Below are positions 15,328-23,830 of a stretch of 32,000 nucleotides of DNA, in pieces. The notes beneath the pieces were generated by a model. It saw only the letters and a list, made by a program, of their open reading frames with translations. It had not been told where the DNA came from and did not search any database. Both the position numbers and the translations under genes were made by a program. The stretch covers positions 12,009-44,008 of the forward strand of contig NZ_ASRX01000026.1 in the NCBI RefSeq assembly GCF_000601485.1, in the 5' to 3' direction. Each line of letters opens with the position of its first letter. The stretch's first letter is position 1. Source of the DNA: Chondromyces apiculatus DSM 436 (lineage in GTDB: Bacteria; Myxococcota_A; Polyangia; Polyangiales; Polyangiaceae).

Positions 15328-18300
15328 CACGCCTTCTCCACGTTGCAGACGAACGCCTTCCCCTCGTGGATCGACACGTTCGGATCCCCGACCAGGGCCG
15401 ACAGGTTGTTCACCACCTCGCCCGTGACCAGGCCCTGGTAGCCCCAGTGCCAGGGCAGCCCCACCTGGTGGACGGTCTTGCCGTCGATCTGGAGCGGCCG
15501 CATCCGCCGGGTCACCAGCGCCTTCGCGGTGATCGCGCCGCGCGGGGTGGCGATGCGCACCAGGTCCAGGTTGTCGATCCCGTGCGCGCCAGCGAGCTCC
15601 GGGCTCAGCTCCACGAACAGCTCGGGCTGCAGCTCGGCGAGCCAGGGCAGCCAGCGGCTCATCACCCCGGAGAGGTGGTGCTCCGTCAGGCGGTAGGTGG
15701 TGAGCACGTGCGGGTAGCGGGGGTCCTGCGAGGCGATCACGTTGTCGTCGCGCCGCCACATCTTGAGCACGGGGCTCGTCTGTTGCTTGTAGAGCGGGTT
15801 CTGGACCGGCGACTCGACCGGCTCGTAATGGGTGGGGAGCGGCCCGTCCACGAGCCCCGTCGGCGCGAACAGCCAGCCCTTGCCGTCCACCTTGAGGATG
15901 AACGGGTCGGTCCCCGCGTGGGCATCGAGCCCGATCGCATCGGGCTTTGCCGGCGCGTCGGGGGCCTTGGTGAGCGGGAAGTCGGGGACGTCGTGGCCGG
16001 TCCAGCGCTTGCCGTCCCACCACACGTACTTCTTCCGCTCGCTCCAGGGCTTGCCGTCGGGGCGCGCGGAGGCGCGGTTGTAGAGGGTGCGGCGGTTCGA
16101 CGGCCACGCGAAGGCCCAGCCGAGGTGGGTCTGCGGCCCCTCGGGCGCGTCGGGGACGCGGCTCTCCGCGAGATTCTTGCCGGGCTCCGGGTAGATGCCG
16201 CAGTAGATCCACGACGCGCACGTGGTGGACCCGTCGTCCTTCAGCTCCGCCGCCGAGGTCAGGTGGCGCCCGTCCGCGGAGCGGTAGCCGTTCACCTCCC
16301 GCAGCACCTTGCGCGCGTCGGGCTCGTCGGGGATGCGCGAGCCAGGCTCGGGGTGGTCGGCGTCGAAGTCCCAGACCAGGTGCTTGATGCCCTGGTCCCG
16401 CGGGAGCGTGCTCGCCGCGTAGTGCGCCTTGAGCCGCTTGCCGAGGTGCACCGTGAACCACAGGTCGGAGCGGCAATCGCCGGGCGGATCCGCGGCCTTG
16501 GCGTGCCACTGCACGAGCCGCTGGGTGTTGGTGAAGCTGCCGTCCATCTCCCCCACCTGGGCCGACGGGAACAGGAAGACCTCGGTCTGGATCTCCTCGG
16601 TCTTCAGCTCGCCGTTCTGCACCTCGGGCGAGGTGCGCCAGAAGGCCGCCGTCTCCGTCTCGAAGTTGTCCTTCACCACCAGCCATTCGAGCTTCGCCAG
16701 CGCCTTGCGCTGGAGGCGCGCGTTCTGGGCGCCCACGGCGGGGTTCTGGCCCATCGCGAACATGCCCTTCACCCGCCCCTCCATCATCGCGATGGTCATG
16801 GGCAGGTGCGAATGGTCTCCGGCGATGCGCGGGTGCCAGCCATAGCCGAAGTCGTTCTCCACCGTGGCCGCGGCCCCGTACATGGACTTGAGGTAGCTCA
16901 CGAAGAACTTCGGGGTGTTCGACCAGTAGCTCGCCGGGAGCGTCTCCGTCTTCAGGTAGTCGGCGAGCGTCTCGTGCTGCTTCAGCGTCGAGAGCGCCGG
17001 CATGTAGCCGTGGATGGAATGGTAGAGGGTGGGGATGTCGGTCGACCCTTGAATGGTCGCGTGCCCCCGCAGCGCGAGGATGCCGCCCCCGGGCCGCCCG
17101 ATGTTGCCGAGCAGGAGCTGGAGCATGGCGCAGGTGCCGATGAGCTGCGGCCCGTAGGTGTGCTGGGTCCAGCCCACCGCGTAGCAGAAGGCCGTGGTGC
17201 GCTCGGGGTTCGAGTTCCTGGTGATCGCCTCCGCCACCTTCAGGAACACGTCCTTCGGGCAGCCCGTCACCCGCTCCACCATCTCCGGCGTGTACCGGCT
17301 GAAGTGGCGCTTGACGATCTGGAAGACGCAGCGCGGATCCTGCAGCGTCTCGTCCCGCGGGGGCGGCGGCTTCTTCATGGCGCGCACCATGCCGTCGAAG
17401 GGCGGCCCCTGCGGCGGCGGGTTCGCGCCCACCTCCGGTCCCTTGCCGGCCATGTCGCCGCGCTTCGCCGGGTTCTGGCTCACCTGCCCCGTCATCGCGC
17501 CGTCTCCCGCCCGCTGCGTCCCCGTGTCTCCGCTGACGTACTGCCAGCTCGCCGTGTCGTACTGGCCGACGAAGCCATTGAGGGGGTCACCGTCGTAGCC
17601 GTGCAGCCCCGAGAACACGCCCTCCAGCTCCTCGGTGTCCTTGAAGTCGTCCCGCACCAGCGTCGCGGCGTTGGTGTAATGGACGACGTACTCCTTGAAG
17701 TACTTCTCGTGCTCGATGACGTGGTGAATGAGGCCGCCGAGGAAGGCGATGTCCGTCCCCGCCCGCAGCGGCGCGTGGATGTCCGCCATGGCGCTGGTGC
17801 GGGTGAAGCGCGGGTCCACGTGGATCACCGTCGCCCCCGCGAGCTTCGCCTGCATCACCCACCGGAAGGCGACGGGATGGCACTCGGCCATGTTCGAGCC
17901 CTCGATGACGATGCAGTCGGAGTGCACCAGGCTCCCCGCATACGTGGTGGCAGCGCCGCGACCTAGCCTGATCCCCAGACCGGGGACACTGGAGCTATGT
18001 CATATGCGCGCCTGGTTCTCGATCGCCACCACGCCGAGCCCACGCATCAGCTTCTGCTGCACGTGGTTCCACTCGTTGTCCATCGTCGCTCCGCCGAGCG
18101 AGAAGATCCCGAGGGAGTGGTTCAGCGTCTTGCCCTTCGGGTCGCGCTCCACGAAGGTCTCGTCGCGCGTCTTCCGGGTCAGCTCGGCGACCCGATCCAT
18201 GGCCCGCTCGAGGTCCCACTCTTCCCACTGCGTCGCGCCGGGCGCCCGGCGCAGCACCTTGGTGAGGCGGTTCGGGTTGACGTGGAGCTGGTAGATGGCC

Positions 18301-18563
18301 GCGCCCTTGGGGCAGAGGTTGCCCTGGTTCACGGGGCTGCGGACGTCGCCCTCCACGTGCACCACCTGGTTGTTCGCCGCGTGCACCACCGTCCCGCAGC
18401 CGACCGCGCAGTAAGGGCAGACGCTCGGGTGGGCCTTGGTGTCCTTGATCCGGAGCGCCTCGGCGCGCGCCGTGGCGGGCGCGAGGTTCACCCCCAGGCC
18501 GACCAGGCCTCCCAGCGCCGTTCCCGTGGATACCCGGAAGAAGTCGCGCCTCGAGATCCCCAT
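15327..18563 (-). CDS. fdnG: formate dehydrogenase catalytic (alpha) subunit, Tat-exported molybdopterin enzyme with in-frame TGA (selenocysteine) at 18000-18002 (1078 aa)
   Basis: It joins listed ORFs 18000..18584 and 15327..17927 in the same frame. Tat signal MGISRRDFFRV, [4Fe-4S] motif CPYCAVGCG, then ...ENQARI-TGA-HSSSVPGLGIRLGRGAATTYAGSLVHSDCIVIEGSNMAECHPVAFRW, which is colinear with FdnG/FdoG. ATG 18563 is preceded by GAGAGGTGGG. Confidence 0.9.
17960..17999 (-). promoter_or_regulatory. bacterial SECIS element (selenocysteine insertion stem-loop) immediately 3' of the UGA
   Basis: mRNA reads UGA-CAUAGCUCCAGUGUCCCC-GGUCU-GGGGAUCAGGCUAGG. A CCCC/GGGG stem is extended by U-A, G-U, G-C and CC-GG pairs with a bulged U. 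The apical GGUC starts 19 nt after the UGA, the same loop sequence and spacing I recall for E. coli fdhF. Confidence 0.7.
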
Positions 18564-18615
18564 GACCCACCTCTCGCCGAGCACCCTACCACGACGCCAC
18601 GGGGCCTCGGCCCCG

Positions 18616-20028
18616 CTACTTGCCGGTGTACGCCACGCGCCACACGGTGTTGCTCTGGTCGTCGGTGACCAGGAGCGCTCCGTCCCGCGCGACCGCCACG
18701 CCCACCGGCCGGCCCCACACGTCGCCGTCCTTGTTGACGAAGCCGGTCATGAAGTCCTCGAAGTGCCCCTCCGCCTTGCCGTCCTTCAGGGGCACGCGGA
18801 TCACCTTGTACCCGAGGCGCTTCGAGCGGTTCCACGAGCCGTGCTGCGCGGCGAAGACGTGCCCCCGGTAGTCCGGCGGGAACTGCTGCCCCGTGTAGAA
18901 GCACATCGCCAGCGACGCCGTGTGCGCCTGGAGCAGCACGTCGGGCACGATCACCTTGTCCCGCAGCTCGGGGTGCTTGTCCTTGTGCCGCGGGTCCTGG
19001 TTCTTGCCGAGGTAGAACCACGGCCACCCATAGAAGCCGCCCTCCTGCACCCGGGTGATGTAGTCGGGCACCAGGTTGTCGCCGAGCCGGTCGCGCTCGT
19101 TCACGCTGGTCCACAGCGCCCCCGTGGAGGGCTCGATGGCGATCCCCACCGGGTTCCGGATCCCCGAGGCGTAGATCACCTCGTTCTTCCCGTCGGGCGT
19201 GTACGCCAGGATGTTCGCGCGGCGCTTCTCGTCGTCGTCGTCGTCCACGTTCGACTGCGAGCCCACCGAGACGAACATCCGCTGGTTGTCCTTGCTGAAC
19301 GCGATGTCCCGCGTCCAGTGACCGCCACCCCCGAGCATCTCCCCACCCGAGGGGATGTTGTCGACGATCTTCTCGGGCTTGCTGGTGGCCGTCGCGTCCC
19401 CCGCCTTGTAAGGGAAGCGCACCACGCTGTCCGTGTTCGCGATGTAGACGTGCGTGGGCGCGTCGGAGCCCGAGGGGTAGAACGCGATGCCGAACGGCTT
19501 CTTGAGGTCCTCGCTGAACGTGGTGCGGCTCTCGGCCTTCCCGTCCTTGTCGACGTCGCGCAGGACCACCACCTTGTCGGCGCTGCTGTCCGCCACGAAC
19601 ACGTCGCCGTTCGGCGCCACCTGCACGACCCGCGCGTTCTCGAAGCCCGCCGCGAACTCGTTCACCGTGAACCCGGCGGGCACCTTCGGGAGCGCCCCTG
19701 CCGGCCGATCCGCCTTGCTGGGGCGGTTCGTCACCGAGGAGTCCTCGTTGGGCGCCGGCAGGTCTGCGACGGTGATCTTGCGCTTCACCCCCGGCGCATC
19801 CGTGGTCCAGTCCCCCATCGCCTGCGCCCCGGTGAGGACGACATCGGTGCGCACCGGCTGCGGCTGCGCGTCGCCCCCCGGCGGCCTGGGCTCGCCTGTC
19901 TGAGGGTTGGTCTCGGCAGACTGCTCCGTGCGCTTGGGCGAGCACGCCACCAGCACCGCGGTGCCGAGCAGGAGCGCGCCGAGGCCTACCGGGGGCCCGA
20001 TTCTTCGGTCGACAGAGGGCTCTTTCAT
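18616..20028 (-). CDS. PQQ-dependent sugar (glucose/sorbosone) dehydrogenase-family lipoprotein (470 aa)
   Basis: ATG 20028 inside the listed 713-aa ORF. Lipobox LLLGTAVLVACS. Motifs GIRNPVGIA, VNERDRLGDNLVPDY, GGFYGWPW and HGSWNR. Beta-propeller family. Confidence 0.85.
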   Translation of the reverse strand: MKEPSVDRRIGPPVGLGALLLGTAVLVACSPKRTEQSAETNPQTGEPRPPGGDAQPQPVRTDVVLTGAQAMGDWTTDAPGVKRKITVADLPAPNEDSSVTNRPSKADRPAGALPKVPAGFTVNEFAAGFENARVVQVAPNGDVFVADSSADKVVVLRDVDKDGKAESRTTFSEDLKKPFGIAFYPSGSDAPTHVYIANTDSVVRFPYKAGDATATSKPEKIVDNIPSGGEMLGGGGHWTRDIAFSKDNQRMFVSVGSQSNVDDDDDEKRRANILAYTPDGKNEVIYASGIRNPVGIAIEPSTGALWTSVNERDRLGDNLVPDYITRVQEGGFYGWPWFYLGKNQDPRHKDKHPELRDKVIVPDVLLQAHTASLAMCFYTGQQFPPDYRGHVFAAQHGSWNRSKRLGYKVIRVPLKDGKAEGHFEDFMTGFVNKDGDVWGRPVGVAVARDGALLVTDDQSNTVWRVAYTGK

Positions 20029-20199
20029 GGTGCGACAGGGATCGATGCCACACCCCCTTCCCCCGTGGCACCCCGGAGCCCCCTGAACGGCAAGCCAGGA
20101 TCCTCGGCAGGAGCCGCGGTCGTCCCGCCCCCGGGCGCGCCCTCCTTCCCTGCTTGCACCCGACTTCCTCCAGCCGGCGCGCAGCGCTAAGGGAGGCCT

Positions 20200-20838
20200 G
20201 TGACGCGCCGCCAGGGCAGCAGGAACGCCGACTACCTGGAGACACGCCTGCGGCTCCTGCAAGTCCTCTCGCGGCGCCTCGCCGAGGAAGACGGGACGAG
20301 CGCGAGCTTCCGCGAGCTGGCCGCCTTCGCGGGCGTGAGCACGACGACGCTGCGGCACTACTTCAAGGATCGGAAGGAGCTGTTCGCGTCGGTGTTCGCG
20401 ATGGCCCGTCAGCTCGGCGCCGAGCACCTGCTCCGCGTCGCCAGCGAGCCCCTCCAGGAAGACGTGGCTACCTCCATGCGCTGGGTGCTTCAGAACATCC
20501 GCTTCGGCCTGGAGATCCCCCAGGTGCGCCACGCCCACACCACCGCCCTTCGGGTGGCCCTGGAGTCCCCCGATCTCGGCCCCGCCTACCTGCAGGAGAT
20601 GCTCGAACCCTTGCTCCGCGCCGTGGAGGTGCGCCTGGAGCGCCACCAGGCCCGCGGGGAGCTCACCGGCCGCGACGTGCGCATCATCGCCCTGCAGCTC
20701 GTCTCCCCCATGTTCCTGGCGCTGCTCCACCAGCATGCCCTCTTCGGGAGCAAGCACCGACCGCTGGAGATCGCCGCCCTCATGGATGCCCTGATCGCCC
20801 CTCTCGAAGCCCCGCGTACCGATCCGAAGGGCACCTGA
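20200..20838 (+). CDS. TetR/AcrR-family transcriptional regulator (212 aa)
   Basis: GTG 20200 with GGGAGG 4 nt upstream. HTH SFRELAAFAGVSTTTLRHYFKDRKELF. Divergent from the PQQ dehydrogenase gene. Confidence 0.85.
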   Translation: MTRRQGSRNADYLETRLRLLQVLSRRLAEEDGTSASFRELAAFAGVSTTTLRHYFKDRKELFASVFAMARQLGAEHLLRVASEPLQEDVATSMRWVLQNIRFGLEIPQVRHAHTTALRVALESPDLGPAYLQEMLEPLLRAVEVRLERHQARGELTGRDVRIIALQLVSPMFLALLHQHALFGSKHRPLEIAALMDALIAPLEAPRTDPKGT

Positions 20839-20889
20839 GGCGCGTGGTGGCCGCTCAGCGGCGCTCAGCCTGCCTCCATGGCCTCACCG

Positions 20890-21435
20890 TCACGCGCCCC
20901 CGGCCTCCTCCGACGGCTCCTCTCCGGCGCTCAGGAACACGCCGACGCTCCCGAGATCCCGGTGGGCGCAGTGCACCTTCAGCGTCTCCGCGTGGGCGTG
21001 CCGCCCGAGCTTCTCGTAGGCCATCACCAGCAGCTCCAGCCCCTCGTCGCGGAGCGCATCGTCGTCGATCCAGTGCAGGTCGAGCCCGAAGGTGAACGCT
21101 GCCGCCGGCTGCCCCGCCGCAAAGTCACGCTTCGCCGAGGCGATCCACTTCTGCACCCGGCCTGGCTGGTTGCGCCACGCCTCCTGCCGCTGCGCGGTGT
21201 CCGTCACCCGGATGGATCCGGCGCCTTCGGGGAGCCCCGGGCCCATGATGCCGATGGTGGGGATGCGCGTGGCCTTCAGCCATCGCGGCGACGGAGGATC
21301 CTTGGCGAGCGCCTGCTTGTCTGCCTGCTCGAACCATGAAAGCGCCGCCTCCGCCGCCCGCACCGACAGCGGCACCGGCTCCGGATCCGCCGCATAGGGG
21401 TTGTCGATGATCTCCTCGACGTGCTTCTTCACCAC
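20890..21435 (-). CDS. hypothetical protein (181 aa)
   Basis: GTG start overlaps the stop of the upstream 89-aa ORF (GTGGTGA). GC3 is high. No recognisable motifs. Confidence 0.55.
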   Translation of the reverse strand: MVKKHVEEIIDNPYAADPEPVPLSVRAAEAALSWFEQADKQALAKDPPSPRWLKATRIPTIGIMGPGLPEGAGSIRVTDTAQRQEAWRNQPGRVQKWIASAKRDFAAGQPAAAFTFGLDLHWIDDDALRDEGLELLVMAYEKLGRHAHAETLKVHCAHRDLGSVGVFLSAGEEPSEEAGGA

Positions 21436-21698
21436 GCCGAGCGGGGTGTGCGCCTCGTCGCGATCTCGTCGAGCATCGCCTCTGCCTCGTGCATCCGCGA
21501 CAGGGGCACGATCAGGAGGTCGGACGCGTCGGAGTTACCGGCAAAGTAGATGTAGACGCTCGTCTTGATCCCCAGACCGCGGACGAACACCGGATTGTCC
21601 GGCGAGATCAGGTCGACGCCTTCCCCTTTGACAGGGAACATCGTCTTCCAGCGCTCGCCCACCAGCGAGAGCGCGTCTGCATGCTGCGCACCGCTCAT
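21429..21698 (-). CDS. hypothetical protein (89 aa)
   Basis: ATG 21698. Coding-like codon usage, though GC is slightly lower than in neighbouring genes. No recognisable motifs. Confidence 0.5.
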   Translation of the reverse strand: MSGAQHADALSLVGERWKTMFPVKGEGVDLISPDNPVFVRGLGIKTSVYIYFAGNSDASDLLIVPLSRMHEAEAMLDEIATRRTPRSAW

Positions 21699-21775
21699 GC
21701 TCAGGGTCCTCCGGCTGTGAAGGACCCTGTATACCCCCCCGTTCGCTCGTCGTGCGCGCGCTTCCGCTCAGCGGC

Positions 21776-21964
21776 TCAGTGCCGGATGTTGATGGATCCG
21801 GGGTTCAGGTACGAGCTGCCCGTCGAGGCTGGCTTGATCACGCCACCATGGTGGTGATGATGCTCCTCCTCGACGTGAGGCATGTTGTCTCCTGGCTGCG
21901 TGTTCCCGCCGCTGGGCTGCACGGTTGGGGTCTGCGCCGCCGACTTCTTCAGCTTCCGGGTCAT
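21776..21964 (-). CDS. small hydrophilic protein with an EEEHHHHH motif (62 aa)
   Basis: ATG 21964 is preceded by a strong SD (AGGAGGG, 7 nt spacing). I verified the translation codon by codon: MTRKLKKSAAQTPTVQPSGGNTQPGDNMPHVEEEHHHHHGGVIKPASTGSSYLNPGSINIRH. Confidence 0.6.
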   Translation of the reverse strand: MTRKLKKSAAQTPTVQPSGGNTQPGDNMPHVEEEHHHHHGGVIKPASTGSSYLNPGSINIRH

Positions 21965-22202
21965 GATCGAGCCCTCCTGTTCGGGTGACGGGTTCCGTCA
22001 GGTCGCGCCCAAGGCCGTGAACGGCCGTGTCGCGCCATGCTGGAGCGTGTTGCAGCTCGCGTGCCGGAAGCTGGAGTGCGCGCGGCAGGGGCGCCCTATC
22101 GTCTTGCTGGACCCGCGCGTCCCGCTGGCTGCCCCGCGGATGGGCGCGCTAGGCTGGGCCCACGGCGTACCGCTCTCTGCGCGGCATGCCGTCGAGCCAC
22201 CG

Positions 22203-23165
22203 ATGGACGAAGTTGAGCCCCGAGGCCCCGAGGATGCGCCGGTCCGCGTCGTCTCTCTCCTGCCCTCCGCTACCGAGATCGTCTGCGCCCTCGGCGCCGA
22301 GCGCACCCTCGTCGGCATCTCCCACGAGTGCGATCACCCGGAAACCATCCGCGGCCTGCCGGTGCTCACCCGCTCCCGCGTCAGCGCCTCCGGAACGAGC
22401 CTCGCCATCGACACCGCGGTCCGCGCGGTGGTGCGCGACGCCCTCAGCATCTACACCGTCGACGAGGCCCAGCTCGCCGCCCTCTCGCCCGAGGTGATCG
22501 TCACCCAGGACCTGTGCGAGGTGTGCGCGGTCTCGCTCGACGACGTCCGCAGCGCGGTCGCCCGGCTCGCCCACCGCGACGCCGTGCGCATCGTGAGCCT
22601 GACGCCGACCTGCCTCGACGACATCCTCGCCGATGTCGAGACCGTGGCCGCCGCCCTCCACCTCCACGCGCAGGGACACGCCCTCCGCCGCGCCCTCGCA
22701 GCCCGCCTCGACGCCATCGCCCAGCGCGCCGCAACGGCCCCCACCCGGCCCCGCGTGGTGTCCGTCGAGTGGCTGGAGCCCATCATGCTGGGTGGCCTGT
22801 GGATGCCCGAGCTCATCGCGCACGCGGGCGGCGTTGCCGCTGGGGCCAGAGCCGCCCAACCAGCCCCCACCGTCACGCCCGAGGACCTCGCGCGCCTCGA
22901 CCCCGAGGTGGTCCTGATCAAGCCCTGCGGCTTCACCCTGGAGCGCACCCTGGAAGAGCGCGGCCTCATCGCCCGAGCCATCCAGGCCTCCGTCAGCCCC
23001 CGCGCCCGCGTCTACGTGACCGACGGCAACGCCTACTTCAACCGCCCCGGCCCCCGCATCGTCGAGTCCCTGGAGATCCTCGCCGCCTGCGTGCATCCGG
23101 AGCTGTTCGACGACCTCGCCCGCAAGCACGCCGCCGTCATCCACCCGCTCGACGCGCCCCGCTGA
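22203..23165 (+). CDS. BtuF-like / Peripla_BP_2 (cobalamin- or siderophore-type) binding protein without a signal peptide (320 aa)
   Basis: RVVSLLPSATEIVCALGAERTLVGISHECDHP, PEVIVTQDLCEVC and PEVVLIKPCGF are typical of class III binding proteins. The start is uncertain (ATG 22203, alternative ATG 22140). The listed ORF start at 21882 is an over-extension. Confidence 0.7.
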   Translation: MDEVEPRGPEDAPVRVVSLLPSATEIVCALGAERTLVGISHECDHPETIRGLPVLTRSRVSASGTSLAIDTAVRAVVRDALSIYTVDEAQLAALSPEVIVTQDLCEVCAVSLDDVRSAVARLAHRDAVRIVSLTPTCLDDILADVETVAAALHLHAQGHALRRALAARLDAIAQRAATAPTRPRVVSVEWLEPIMLGGLWMPELIAHAGGVAAGARAAQPAPTVTPEDLARLDPEVVLIKPCGFTLERTLEERGLIARAIQASVSPRARVYVTDGNAYFNRPGPRIVESLEILAACVHPELFDDLARKHAAVIHPLDAPR

Positions 23166-23221
23166 GCCTCACGGGCGCCTCCAGCCGCGCTCGCGACGCA
23201 CCACGAGCCCTGACATCAGGG

Positions 23222-23776
23222 TCAGCCGCTGCGCCTGCCGCCCAGGAGCGCCGTCTGCAGCTTCTTGCGGTCGATCGGGAGCGCCGTCCGCTCTCCCAGG
23301 ATCCCCTCGATCGCGGTCTCGATGGCGCTGCGGTCTGCACCCTCGCTGAGCATGTACTCCTCCGCGACCACCTCGCGCGGCACGTCGACCAGCAGCAGCG
23401 CCGCCGCGATGACCACCCCGGTCCGGTCCCTCCCCGAGGTGCAGTGCACGTACACCGGCCAGGTGACCTCGGGATCCGCGAGCACGGACAGCGCCTTCCC
23501 GAGCCACCGCCTGACCCGGGGCAGCCGGGTGTCGTAGTTCTCCACGTCGTCCTCCGCGGGCACGTGCACGTGCCTGATGCCCGTGAGGTGATCGGGATCT
23601 GGACCACGCCGCAGGTTCAGGATCGTTCCCGGAGATCCCAGATCGTTCACCGCCGCCAGGGTGTCGAAGCGCCCGCCCCGGAAGAGCCGCGCGGAAGCGA
23701 TGGGGGACGGTTCGAGCCAGAGGCCGAGGATCTCGCCCACATCCCTGAAGTTCGCAGGGTGCAGCTCAGCCCCCAC
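23222..23776 (-). CDS. protein tyrosine/dual-specificity phosphatase (CX5R type, 184 aa)
   Basis: Active-site loop VHCTSGRDRTG and N-terminal NFRDVG motif. GTG 23776 with GGGAGGG 4-5 nt upstream. Confidence 0.8.
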   Translation of the reverse strand: MGAELHPANFRDVGEILGLWLEPSPIASARLFRGGRFDTLAAVNDLGSPGTILNLRRGPDPDHLTGIRHVHVPAEDDVENYDTRLPRVRRWLGKALSVLADPEVTWPVYVHCTSGRDRTGVVIAAALLLVDVPREVVAEEYMLSEGADRSAIETAIEGILGERTALPIDRKKLQTALLGGRRSG

Positions 23777-23830
23777 CGCGCCCTCCCGGCAATCCCCGCC
23801 TCCCCTCCGGGCGCGCTCGCTCCCCTCCCC

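Noticed and set aside
15366-17966. An 866-aa ORF on the plus strand exactly mirroring the fdnG ORF. Similar long antisense ORFs occur at 377..1717, 1735..3243, 3140..4615, 5077..7014, 6765..8276, 8485..10071, 12858..14558, 13280..14707, 17997..18668, 18436..20190, 27169..29289 and 29433..30413.
   Set aside because: In GC-rich DNA, stop codons are rare on the antisense strand of real genes. These translations are Arg/Gly/Pro/Ala/His-rich with no motifs, and in every case the opposite strand carries a recognisable protein family.
18601-18614. GC-rich hairpins right after stop codons (GGGGCCTCGGCCCC at 18601-18614, CCCTGACATCAGGG at 23208-23221, GCCCAGC-N8-GCTGGGC at about 26208-26229) considered as intrinsic terminators.
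   Set aside because: The stems are short (5-7 bp), some have 2-4 nt loops, and none is followed by a U-tract. They may still matter in a GC-rich organism, but I cannot support a terminator call from sequence alone.
21965-22202. Possible cobalamin riboswitch upstream of the BtuF-like gene.
   Set aside because: I looked for the conserved GGGAA...GGTG...AATCC...GCCACTG core and the B12 box (AGCCAGGAGACCTGCC-like). Only a vague GGAAGCTGGAGTG resemblance is present. A cmsearch with RF00174 would be the decisive test.
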